A stretch of DNA of 64,000 nt from Mobula hypostoma (taxonomy: Eukaryota), in NCBI RefSeq assembly GCF_963921235.1, contig NC_086097.1, forward strand, positions 28,026,001 to 28,090,000, given 5' to 3'. Shown here piece after piece: positions 52,346 through 64,000 of the stretch. Each line of letters begins with the position of its first letter. The stretch's first letter is position 1. The notes beneath the pieces were generated by a model. It was not told the DNA's origin. It saw only the letters and a program-made list of their open reading frames with translations, and did not search any database. The position numbers and the translations under genes are program-made.

Positions 52346-52553
52346 ATTACTTAGTGCAAGTACTGCTACAATAACTTTAGGTAGGATTACAGAATTCATA
52401 CATTGAAGGAATGGCTAAATATATATCCAGTTTGCAACTTAGAAGGAAAGAAGAGATTAAAAACAAAAATACCAAAGAGTACTAGGAATTCTGGTAAGAT
52501 GATGATGTGCTTGGTCATAGCAGCCTCTTTGGGTCCAACAAATGATGCTAATG

Positions 52554-52653
52554 ACAACATACATCAAAGTTGCTGGTGAACGCAGCAGGCCAAGCAGCAG
52601 CATCTATAGGAAGAGGCGCAGTCGACGTTTCAGGCCGAGACCCTTCGTTTAAA
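52554..52653 (-). mobile_element. 100-bp Penelope 3'-end mini-insertion truncated inside the hammerhead
   Basis: 14-bp TSD AAATGATGCTAATG at 52540-52553 and 52654-52667. Confidence 0.88.
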
Positions 52654-52679
52654 AAATGATGCTAATGTTTGTCTTCCAA

Positions 52680-53485
52680 TAAGATGGCACCACTCTAGGA
52701 TACAGCAGCCTCACTGGGTCTAAACAAAGGTGTAATTATCCATCCTTTATATCTTTTTTATGATCACAAGACAGTGCTGGTTATCAAGAACATCTAATAC
52801 AGCAGATTTACCACGCTAGTGAGTTGCTTGTTAGCAGTGGAGCTGGACTTGCTGTGCAGCGTTGCAACTTGCTTCAGCCACGCAGGAAAAAAGCATCAGA
52901 GGCCGTGTGCGGTCCAATTTATGGTCCAGATGATCGTCCAAGACGTTTTTGTTGTAATCGCAAGACCCTGTTGTAGATTGGTAATGTACTCCAATTCACA
53001 GGTCCATTGGTGAGATTGATAGTGGAGAAGCTGCGTGACCTCTGTTGTGGTGCAGACGAGGCCCTCATGCTTCAAGGTCACCTGTTGTGGCTGCTAGGGG
53101 AGGAGACACCGGAGCTGACTATATACCACTGGATTCCTGACTGGGTTGGGCCCTATCCATCAGTGCTGCCCTCCAGTGTTCATTCAGTGGAAGACAAGCT
53201 GGATTGCATTCATCTGCGGCTACACTTGGGCGAGACGAGGAACTGCTGTGGGCTCATTCTTGCCGAAGCGTGGCCCCAGAATATCTATGCACCATCAATC
53301 TATAGACCATGACACTCAGGGAATTTGGTTATATAATTTTTTATTATTTGTTTTGCAAATGTATGTTATTCTGCTATCATAATTATGTCTGCTATATGTG
53401 CTGCATGTGACTATTGGTATTGTGTTCTGCACTATAGCCTCAAAGGAAAGCTGTTCCATTTGGCTGTACTCATGTGTATGGCTGA
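52680..53485 (+). mobile_element. Internally deleted Rex1/Babar-like element (5' end and endonuclease N-terminus fused to 3' tail)
   Basis: Starts aagatggc. PSVLPSSVHSVEDKLD...RNCCGLILAEAW resembles the Rex APE N-terminus. Ends aactaaacttgaa. Confidence 0.55.
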
Positions 53486-53918
53486 ATGACAACTAAACTT
53501 GAATGTTTTACCTGTGATCACAAGACCTTGCTGGACATAATATAAAATGCTGCACCTGGTTCATTAGTTCATTTTTCGAGACTCTGTGGGGAAGCTACAT
53601 GGCCTTAGTTGTTGTGTGGACCAGGGCCACATTCAGCAGTGTCACCTGTCGCAGCCAGCCAGGACAGGAGGTGCCAGAGGCAGTATGGGAAAGAACAGAA
53701 GCATGAACACTTCCATGCATGTGAGATTTTGTAGCACCCATCAGGCGCACCATTAAATTATACTACACATTGCTGAGAGCCTCAAAATTAAATCTTTTAT
53801 CACCATAACCATTATTGTGCAATGCAAAATAATTGAACTGAATCAAAGCAAAGTAGCTGGCTTACACAGACAACCCTATATTCAATTCCTTTCTCAGGGG
53901 TTACTGAAGATCAATCAT

Positions 53919-56900
53919 GTTTTTTCTTTTTCAATATTTTTATTGATATTATATAAATTACATGAATATAAATACAAAATTCAAAAGGATACAAATACAA
54001 ATTACATTACATTTAAATCACAGTAATATGATCACAGTATCCCGTATTCCAAAACAATCATGTATTAAAAAAATTGAATTATGAAATGAAATAGAATAAA
54101 ATAATTGTATTTTATTTTTAAAAATCTACCCCACTACCAAAATGAGCTGGTTAGTTAAAAAAAAGATAAAAGAAAAATACCTTACCATATGATATTATAA
54201 TAATAATGGTACAGGTCCATACTTTAGTAACAGTTCAAAGATTGTGAAAATAAGTTGGAAAGGGTCCCCATAAAATTAAAAAATCACGTTTAGAATCAGA
54301 AATCGAACAACGAATCTTCTCTAGATTAAGGCACAACATAACATCAGATAGCCATTGAACATGAGTGGGTGGGGAGGCCTCCTTCCACTTGAGCAAGATC
54401 GCCCTCCTGGCCATAAGAGACATAAAGGCCAATACCCACAAATTAGATGGTTTCAATTTTGTCGTGCTATCCTCAACAATACCAAACAAGGCAGTCAGAA
54501 GATTGGGCCTAAAGCTGACATTGAGAAGTGCAGAAAAAGTTTTAATACATCTTTCCATAATTTTTCAAGGCTCGGACACGACCAAAACATATGAATTAGT
54601 GTGGCCACTTCATTAGTACATCTATCACAGTAAGGGGAAATATCTGTGTAGAAACGGGAAAGCTCATCTTTAGACATATGAACTCTATGTACCACTTTGA
54701 ATTGTAATAAAGAATGACGAGCACATATGATGAAGAATTAATCAATTTTAAAATAATCTTCCAGCTCTCATCAGATATGAAAATCTGTAAATCCTTTCCC
54801 CAGTCTCCTTTAATTTTATCTAAAGAGGCCGTTTTCAGTCCCAACAGTAGACCATAAATGTAAGATACTGAACCGTTATCAAAGGGGTTCAGATTAAAAA
54901 TTGTATCTATTATATTCTTATTTAGACTTGTAGGAAATGTAAGTAATTGAGATCTTAAAAAATCTCTAATCTGTAAATATCGAAAAAAGTGAGTGTTGGA
55001 AAGATTAAATTTCATTGGAAGTTGCACAAAAGAAGGGAGATTCCCTCCATCAAACAAATCCTGAAATCATTTAATACCCAATCTATCCCATTCTTTAAAA
55101 GATGAGTCAATTAAAGATGGTTTGAAAAAACAATTAGAAAATATGGGACTTGAGAGAATCTCAATAAACCAAAATGTTTTCTAAACTGTAACCAAATCCT
55201 CAATGCATGTTTAACCACCACATTGTCAATTAGTTTATTTAAAGATAAAGGAAGCGAGGATCCAAGTAAAGAAATAATGGAAAATTTTATAACAAGAGTT
55301 GACTTCCAAAGAAACCCATATAGGGCAATTCTCATGGTTAATGTAATATATCCAGAACATAATATTACATATATTAACTGCCCAATAATATAACCTAAAA
55401 TTGGGTAAGGCAAATCCTCTGTTCTGTTTGGTTTTTTGAAGGTGAGCTTTATTTATAGGAGGTTATTTATTCTTCCATATATAGAAAGAAAGAATTGAAT
55501 CCAAAGAGTCAAAAAAAGATTTAGGAATAAAAACAGGCACAGCTTGAAAAAGGTATATAAATTTAGGTACGATATTCATTTTAATAGAATTGATTCAGCC
55601 AATCAGTGATAGAGAGGTGACCAATTAAAGTATTTTTTTAATGTAATTCAATAAACTTAAATTTTCCTAAATAAATCTTTAAAACTCTTAGTAATTGTTA
55701 CTCCTAAATACGTAAATTGTTTTCTTAAAATTTTAAAAGGGAAGTTAATATCAGTTGGTATTAAATTGTTTAAAGGAAACAGTTCACTCTTCTGTAGATT
55801 TAATTTATATCCTGAGAACTGACTAAAATTAGTCAGTAAACGGAACACAAATGGTAAGGAGGTTGTAATATTAGATATAAAAAGCAATAAGTTATCAGCA
55901 TAGAGCGACACTTTACGAATAGTACCTCTCCTTAAAATACCAGTGATCTCTTTAGACTCTCGAAAAGCAATTGCTAGGGGTTCTGATACCAAATCAAAAA
56001 AGCAGAGGGCTCTAAAGGCAACCTTGTCTAGTTCCAGGTTGGAGTTTAAAGGGTTTAGAATTCTGAAAATTAGTAAGAACCCAAGTGGAGGGAGATAAAT
56101 AAAGTAATTTAATCCAATGAATAAAATTAGGTCCAAAATGAAATTTTTTTAAGGATGTAAATAGAAAGTTCCATTCAACTCTGTCAAAAGCCTTCTCCCA
56201 TCCAAAGACATGACACATTCCGATATTTCCTTAGATGGAGAGTACATAACATTTAACAAACGCTGTATATTAAAATGGGAATATCGATTTTTGATAAATC
56301 CTGTCTGATTATCCAAAGCTACAGAAGATATATTTTCAAGTCTGCGAGCCAACACTTCAGATAAAATTTTAGTAGCAAAATTGAGTAAAGAGATAGGTCT
56401 ATACGAAGAACATTCAGTAGGATTCTTATTCTTTTTGAGAATGAGCAAAATGGAAGCTTCATAAAAAGACTGCGGTAGTTTTCCTACCTTAAAGGAATCT
56501 GTAAGGGTAGAACTTAAGTGTGGTATAAGCAAGGAGGAAAAAGCCTTATAAAACTCCCCAGAGAATCCATCGGGTCCTGGGAGTTTCCCAGAATGCAGTT
56601 CTTGAATAGCCTGAGCAATTTCCTCCTGGGAAATATGTTGATCCAATTGTCTACGATCATCTAATGAAAGATTAGGAATATTTAATTGATCTAAAAAAAA
56701 TTATTCATTGCAATATTATCATTAACAGAGTCAGAACTATACAATTTAGAATAAAATTCCCAAAAAGTGTCATTAATTTCAAGGTGGTCAGTTGTCATAT
56801 CCCCATTAATTTTATGTATTTCTTTAATTTGCCACTTAGCTGAAAATGGCTTCAATTGATTAGCCAATAGCTTACCAGTTCTATCTCCGTGAATATAAAA

Positions 56901-59413
56901 TTGACTTCTATCTTTTAAAAGTTGGCTTTCAATTGGATACGTTAAAAGAAGAGCATATTTAGTTTTAGTTTCAATACGTCTCTTATATGTTTCAGGATCA
57001 GGTACTGAAGCATATTTATGGTCCAGTTGCTTTAACTGATTGGCTAATTCATTTCTTTCTTTGTTAGCTTTTTTTAATGATGCTTGCAGTATAAGAAATG
57101 ATTTGACCCCGGATGTATGCTTTAAAGTTTCCCATAATAAGGCTAGACGTCTCTTCCAATGTATTTTCTTCAAAAAAAAAGAATAATTTGATCCTCCATA
57201 AATTTTTTAAAATCCTAATCGGCTAACAGAATTAAACTAAATCGCCAAAATCTACTCATGGGGATAGGACCAGGAAGATTTAAAGACGGAATTACAGGAG
57301 AGTGGTCAGAAATAGCAATCTCTTTATATTCAATTGATCGAACTAATGCAATCATTTGGCTATCAATAAAAAAAAAAGTCAATCCTGGTATAAGAACGAT
57401 GGACATGAGAGAAAAATGAATACTCCTTGTCCATCGGATGCAGAAAACGCCAAGCATCAACTATACCACATTTAGTTAGAAAAGATTGGATAAGCAAAGC
57501 TCATTTATTAAGTGCGGCTGGTTTAATAGATGAGCAATCTAATACTGGATCTAACCAGCAGTTAAAATCTCCTTCCATCACAAGGGAGTAAGTACACAAA
57601 TCTGAGAAAAATGAAAATAGACATTCAAAAAATCCTGGATCATCTACATTGGGGGCATATACATCAGCAAAAACAATTAATTTACTGTCTAAACTCCCTA
57701 ATACAATAACAAATCAACCATTAGGGTCCGAAACAGCTTTATGCTGAATAAAGGAAACTATTATGTACAAAAATCGAAGCTCCACGTGATTTTGCATTAA
57801 ACGAAGAATGGAATTGCACACCCTTCCACCGAGTAAAAAAACATAAGATATCACAGCTGCGTATGTGTGTTTCTTGTAAAAAAAAAAGGGTGATTTTAAT
57901 TTTTTTTAATATAAGCAAACACTTTGTTCCTTTTTATGGGGTGATTCAGCCCTTTCACATTCAAACTAAAATTAATATTTCGAATCATTTTAAATACCAA
58001 TCAACATGTAATTAAAAGATCCGGCCATAAGTTATTAAAACTAGAAAGCAAACCGTAAAGTAAGGTATTCAAATAATCAATCATATATTCAACCCAACAC
58101 AGCTCCCAGAGAAAAATAGGCCCCACCTCCTCCCCAACCCAAAGCGAGAAAACTGACCAATAGACAGTCAGCGAGCTAAGAACTAAGTACCCACCCCCAA
58201 AAATCCTGTTGACAGAAAAATCTCCAGTCCTGCAAGGTCATTATGTCCCTACCAAGACAACATAAAAAGAAAAATAACTTAGTATTCAAAAATATGAAAG
58301 GATCAGTTTAAACAAATTCAAAGAAAGCTGTATTAAAATAAAGCCTCAAAAAGGGATAAAGTAGTATCAAAAAAAACAAGACAATATATGAACAGCTGAA
58401 ACACAAGCTTAATGAAACCTTATTTCAAATTCATATTAACAGAAGAAAAATCTTGATCAAATAAGAAACATAACAGTTTTAGACTTCATCCTTCAGAAAC
58501 TCTTTTGCATCTTCAACCGACTTTATTCTTTTTAGCAATCCATTCTTCAAAACAATACACAGACGGACGGGGAACCAAAGGGATGGTTTATATCCTTTAT
58601 TGTAAAATTCCAACATAACTTCTTTATATTTCATGCGATCAGCCATAACTTCAGGCGAATAGTCTTCCACAAATCTAACCTTGTAATTTTGGAAATCGAT
58701 CATTCCTTGTCGCCAGGTATTGGGAATTAAAAGGTCCTTAACATGAAATTCATGAAAGCTTAGTACGACCGATCTGGGTTTCACCGCCGAGGACAATGGC
58801 TTCAAAGTCAGAGAGCGATAAGCTTGATCGAGCTTCGGCTCAGAAGTGAATAAAGCAGGGAAAAGCTGCTTCAGAAAGTTTGCAAAAAAACTTCGTAGGG
58901 TCAGTGCCTTCAATTGATTCTTCAAGACCCAGGATTTGCAAGTTACTTCTCCTGTTTCTATTTTCAAGACTGATGATCCTTTTCAGCATTTTATCATCAG
59001 ATAAAGATAACTCTTTGCAGGCTGCTTGGCCTGCTGCGTTCACCAGCAACTTTGATGTATGTTGCTCTTCAAGTATCATTAGCTTTGCAGTATTTTCCCG
59101 AATTCGGTTCTCATACTCAGATAAAGTTTGTTGAATTATATCCAATTTGCCATTAAGTTGTTGAAACTCTTCAGAAAATTCCCATTTTTGCCTTTTGAGG
59201 AAGTCAGTGATTGAATCCAAAGTGACTGGGGATTCATCTTCTGCTTCACTTTCTTTTGCAGACGCTTTGGTTCTTTTCCCAGCCACAGTAAAGCAGTATT
59301 GAAGTATTATAATAAGGTTTCAAAAAAAAAGACTGGTAGGAGACAATTAAGTAAACAGGGTAGGAGCAATCAAAAAACGATGTTACTCCATCAGCTGCCA
59401 ACAGGGCTCTCCC
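53919..59413 (-). mobile_element. Full-length decayed L1-clade LINE, about 5.5 kb
   Basis: 12-bp TSD AAGATCAATCAT at 53907-18 and 59414-25. ORF1 58479-59286 has LENRNRRSNLQILGL. ORF2 57988-54235 has NVKGLNHPIKR, SDHSP, PGPDGF, YRPISLLN, EKAFDRVEW, LYADNLL and a CCHC knuckle. Confidence 0.93.
59020..59064 (+). mobile_element. About 45-bp Penelope 3'-end fragment inside L1 ORF1
   Basis: gctgcttggcctgctgcgttcaccagcaactttgatgtatgttg matches the pLTR terminus at 30133-30177. Confidence 0.8.
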
Positions 59414-59579
59414 AAGATCAATCATCCAAGTACTTTTCCTTTGTCATTTCATATACACAGACATCAACATACCACTAGGTGTGTGTAGTTCTTGAGCCAC
59501 TGTCATCTCATCATCTCACTAACTGGAACCATATATAACTGTTTACTGTTTCCTTTCTCAAAATAGTAACAATGATCCC

Positions 59580-59800
59580 AACCAAAGTTCAAAGCAAATT
59601 TATTACTGAAGTGCATACATATCAACATATACAACCACAAGATTCATTTTCTTGTGGGTAATCACAGTAATTCAAGAAACACAATTAAATCAGTGAAAGA
59701 CAATACCCAACAAGATGGATAACCAATAATGTGCAAAAAAAAACTATGCAAATACAAAGGAGGAATAAAATAAATATTAATAATAATGCTAGATAAATCA
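59580..59800 (-). mobile_element. Rex1/Babar-like 3' tail
   Basis: caaagttcaaagcaaatttatt...gattcattttcttgtggg; related sequence at about 8800 and 9700. Confidence 0.55.
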
Positions 59801-60084
59801 GCTCCCCTGTAAAACACATCTTCAAATATATTGGCAGCAGTGGACACCACCAGATCATTATATTCAAGCAATCATCTGGGTGTCAGCTGCCAACATTTAT
59901 TACTCTACAACTGTCAGGTCATTGAACTGGTGTGGATAACTTCCCTCACCACACTCTAAACTGATTCTACATCCTGCAGACTCACTTTCAAGGACTTTTT
60001 TTACAAATCATGTTCTCAGTATTATCTTTATTTCAGTTTGTCTTCTTGCGCACATTGGTATTGTATGCTCTAAACAAAGGCCAA

Positions 60085-60535
60085 CAAACACGAACAGGCA
60101 CAGTGGCTCACAGTATTGTGCTGAACCAATTAAATTAGTAATCAAAAGGCTAACTAATCTCTTCTGCCTACATAATGTCCATGTCCTTGCACTTTCCTCA
60201 CATTCATGTGCCTACCTAACCATTTCTTAAAAGTCTTAATGTATCTGCCTCTACCACCACCCCAGGCAGCGCATTACAGGCACCCAAGTCGATGTAAAAC
60301 AAACTTGCCCTTCAATTCTCCCCTGAAATTACCACCTCACATTAAATGCATGTCCTCTGGTATTAGACATTTCAAAAGATATTGACCATCAACTCTATTG
60401 ATAACTTTCATAATCTTATAAACCTATACCAGATCACCCCGCAGCCTCAGTTGCTCCAGAGAAAACAATCCAAGTTTGTCCAACCTCTCATTACAGCATA
60501 TGCACTCTAATCCAGGCAACATCCTGGTAAACCTA
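60085..60535 (-). mobile_element. Decayed CR1 3' fragment
   Basis: Reverse complement of tttaccaggatgttgcctggattagag...gacaaacttggattgttttctctggag. Confidence 0.75.
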
Positions 60536-60552
60536 CAAGACCATAAAATATA

Positions 60553-62172
60553 CAGTGGTATGCAAAAGTTAGGGCACCCCAGTCAAAATTTCTGTTACTG
60601 TGAATAGTTGAGTAGAAAATGATCTGATCTCCAAAAGTCATAAAGTTGAAGATGAAACTTTTTTTTCAACATTTTAAGCAAGATTAGTGTATTATTTTTG
60701 TTTTGTACAATTTTAGAGTGAAAAAAGGAAAGAAGCACCATGCAAAAGTTTGGGCACCCCAAGAGATTTGAGCTCTCAGGTAACTTTTACCAAGGTCTCC
60801 GATAACTTTTACCAAGGTCTCAGACCTTAGCTTGTTAGGGCTATGGCTTGTTCACAGTCATCATTGGGAAAGGCCAAATGCAAATTTCAAAGCTTTATAA
60901 ATACCCTGACTCCTCAAACTTTGTCCCAACAATCAGCAGCCAGGGGCTCCTCTAAGCAGCTGCCTAGTATTCTGAAAGTTAAAATAAGTGATGCCCACAA
61001 TGCAGAAGGCTACAAGAAGATAGCAAAGCGTCTTCAGGTAGCTGTTTCCTCAGTTCGTAACGTAATTAAGAAATGGCAATTTACAGGAACTGTGGAGGTC
61101 AAGTTGAGGTCTGGAAGACCAAGAAAACTTTCTGAGAGAACTGCTCATAGGAATGCTAGAAAGGTAAATCAAAACCCTTGTTCGACTGCAAAGGACCTTC
61201 AGGAAGATTTAGCAGACTCTGGAGTGGTGGTACACTGTTCTACTGTGCAGCGACACCTGCACAAATACGACCTTCATGGAAGAGTCATCAGAAGAAAACC
61301 TTTCCTGCATCCTCACTACAAAATTCAGTGTCAGAAGTTTGCAAAGGAACATCTAAACAAGTCTGATGCATTTTGGAAACAATTCCTGTGGACTGATGAA
61401 GTTAAATTAGAACATTTTGGCTGAAATGAGCAAAGGTATATTTAGAGAAAAAAGGATGCAGAATTTCATGAAGAGAACACCTCTTCAACTGTTAAGCACG
61501 GGGGTGGATCGATCATGCTTTGGGCTTGTGTTGCAGCCATGGGGAACATTTCACTGGTAGAGGGAAGAATGAATTCAATTAAATACCAGCAAATTCTGGA
61601 AGCAAACATCACACCGTCTGTAAAAAAGCTGAAGGTGAAAAGAGGATGGCTTCTACAACAGGATAATGATCCTAAACACACCTCAAAATCCACAATGGAC
61701 TACCTCAAGAGGCGCAAGCTGAAGGTTTTGCCATGGCCCTCACAGTCCCCCGACCTAAACATCACTGAAAATCTGTGGATAGACCTCAAAAGAGCAGTGC
61801 ATGCAAGACAGCCCAAGAGTTTCACAGAGCTAGAAGCCTTTTGCAAGGAAGAATGGGTGAAAATCCCCCAAACAAGGATTGAAAGACTCTTAGCTGGCTA
61901 CAGAAAGCATTTACAAGCTGTGATACTTGCCAAAGGGGGTGTTACTAAGTACTGACCATGCACGGTGCCCAAACTTTTGCTTCGGGCCCTTCTCCTTTTT
62001 TGTTATTTTGAAACTGTAAAAGATGGAAATAAAAAAGTAATCTTGCTTAAAATATTAAAGTATGTCATCTTTAACTTTATGCCTTTTGGAAATCAGATCA
62101 TCTTTTACTCACTTAGCTATTCACAGTAACAGATTTTTTGACCGGGGGTACCCAAACTTTTGCATGCCACTG
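60553..62172 (+). mobile_element. Full-length Tc1 (DD34E) transposon with long IR/DR ends
   Basis: TA TSDs at 60551-2 and 62173-4. TIR cagtggtatgcaaaagtt.gggcacccc; inner DRs at about 60739-60760 and 61964-61980. 1620 bp. Confidence 0.95.
60942..61955 (+). pseudogene. Tc1 transposase pseudogene
   Basis: HTH GYKKIAK, SGRPRK, WTDE, QDND-(34)-E, WPSQSPDLN. The likely start codon reads AGG; in-frame stops at 61422 and 61443; no frameshift. Confidence 0.9.
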
Positions 62173-63225
62173 TAGGAGCAGAAGTAGGCCATTCGGCCCA
62201 TCGAGTCTGCACCCCCATTCAATCATGGGCTGATCCAATTCTTCCAGTCATCCCCATTCCACTGCCTTCTCTCCATACCCTCTGATGCACTAACTAACCA
62301 AGAACCTATCTCAATGACTATCTTAAATGCACCCAATGACTTGGCCTCCAGAGTCGCTTGTGGCAACAAATTCCACAGATTTCCCACCCTCTGACAAAAG
62401 TAATTTCTCTGTACCTCTGTTCAAAATGGATGTCCTTCAATCCTGAAGTCACATCCTCTTGTCCTAGACTCCCCTACCATGGGAAATAACTTTGCCATAT
62501 CTAATCCATTCAGGCCTTTTAACATTCTATGAGATCCCCCCATCATTCTCCTGAACTCCAGGGAATACAGCCCAAGAGCTGCCAGATGTTCCACATATGG
62601 TAATCCTTTCATTCCTGGAATAATTCTTGTGAATCTTCTCTGAACCTCCTCCAATGTCAAAAATAAAATTCTAAAATAAAAAGCCCAAAACTGCAAACAA
62701 TACTCCAAGTGTGGTCTCATGAGTGCCTTACAAAGCCTCAACATCACATCCCTGCTCTTATATACTATACCTCTAGAAATGAAACGCAACTTTGCATTCG
62801 CCTTCTTCACCACTGACTCAACCTAGAGGTGAACCTTTTGGGTATCCTGCACAAGGACTCCCATCTCTGCATTTTGAATTCTCTCTCCGTCTAAATAATA
62901 GTCTGCCTATTTATTTCTTCCAAAGTGCATGACCATACACTTTCCAAATTTGTATTTCATTTGCCGCTTCTTTGCCCATTCCCCTAAACTATCTAAGTCT
63001 CTCTGCAGGCTCTGTTTCCTCAACACTAACTGCTCCTCTACCCATCTTTGTAACATCAGCAAATTTAACCACAAATTCATTAATCCCATAGACAAATCAT
63101 TGACATACATTGTAAAAAAACAGCAGTCCCAACACTGACCCCTGTGGAACTCCACTAGTAACCAGCAGCCAGCTAGAATAGGATTCCTTTATTCCCACTC
63201 TGTTTTCTGCCAATCAGACAATGCT
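62173..63225 (-). mobile_element. CR1 3' portion whose tail end (60536-60552) was split off by the Tc1 insertion
   Basis: [28 protein letters not shown]; the tail gaccataaaata-TA-ggagcagaag flanks the Tc1. Confidence 0.88.
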
Positions 63226-63229
63226 CCAG

Positions 63230-64000
63230 CCTCTCTGCACCCTCTTAAAAGTCTCAACATCCCTTTCCATAATAGGGTGACCAGATCTTATGCAATACTT
63301 CAGATGTGGCCTAACTAGAATTTTATAAAGCTGCAACATAACTTCCTGACTTTTGAACTCAATGACTCGACTACATAGGCCTACTTAACCACCCTATCAC
63401 CCTATGTAGAACTTGGACCCCAAGATCCCTCTGCTCGTCAACACTGTTAAGGGTCTTGCCCATGTGTACTGAATCTTTACATTTGACCTACCAAGATGCA
63501 AAACTTCACATTTGGATGTGTTAATCTTTCTACCATTTCTCCACCCATATCTGCAACTGATCTATATTCTGTTGTATTCTTTGCCAGTCCTCAATGGTAT
63601 CCACACCACCACCAATCTGTGTATCATCTGCAAACTTACTAACCTACCCATCTACATTTTCATCCATATAAAACAGGGGTCCCCAACCCTTTTTGCACTG
63701 CGGACCAGTTTAATATTGATAATATTCTTGCGGACCAGCCAGTGGGGGGGGGGGGGGTCGTTCAAGTTCAACAGTGTGTGACAGGGAATGAGGAAAGGTG
63801 CAGCTGACTCATATCGTTTCCTTGCAGCCTGGTACTGGTCCGCAGCCCAGTGGTTGGGGACCACTGAAAGACAAACAGGGGTCAAAGTACAGATCTGTGT
63901 GGAACACCACTAATCACAGACCTCCAGCTGGAATAAGTCCCTTCGACCACTACCCTCCGTTGCCTATGGGCAAGCCAGTTCTGAATCCAAACAGCCAATG
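63230..64000 (-). mobile_element. Older CR1 RT fragment interrupted by a hAT MITE
   Basis: Reverse complement encodes decayed GVPQ, SKFADDT and LVRPHL motifs. Confidence 0.75.
63674..63866 (-). mobile_element. 193-bp hAT MITE, deletion derivative of the 28780-30276 family
   Basis: TIRs caggggtccccaacc / ggttggggaccactg; subterminal sequences match both ends of 28780-30276. Confidence 0.85.

Overview
Repeat-dense vertebrate intronic DNA. The repeat families (CR1, V-SINE/HE1-like SINEs, Rex1/Babar, Penelope) point to a cartilaginous fish; this is an inference. The only host coding sequence I can support is a 72-bp minus-strand exon at 12423-12494 encoding (A)NLTGHAEKVGIENFELLKVLGTG, which matches the MSK1/RPS6KA5 N-terminal kinase domain. 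The six-frame ORF track misses it. The rest of the window therefore appears to be RPS6KA5 intron filled with nested transposons: CR1, Rex1/Babar, L1/Tx1 (one full-length copy with a 12-bp TSD), RTE, Penelope-like elements, two Tc1 elements, hAT (Buster/Charlie-like) derivatives, a mariner foldback MITE, Tigger-like fragments, SINEs and a solo LTR. The most striking recurring signal is a minimal type I hammerhead ribozyme in Penelope 3' repeats. It appears in about 10 intact or decayed copies, including 45-320 bp TSD-flanked mini-insertions. Almost all listed ORFs are TE fragments or spurious. Boundaries without a TSD or TIR are approximate.
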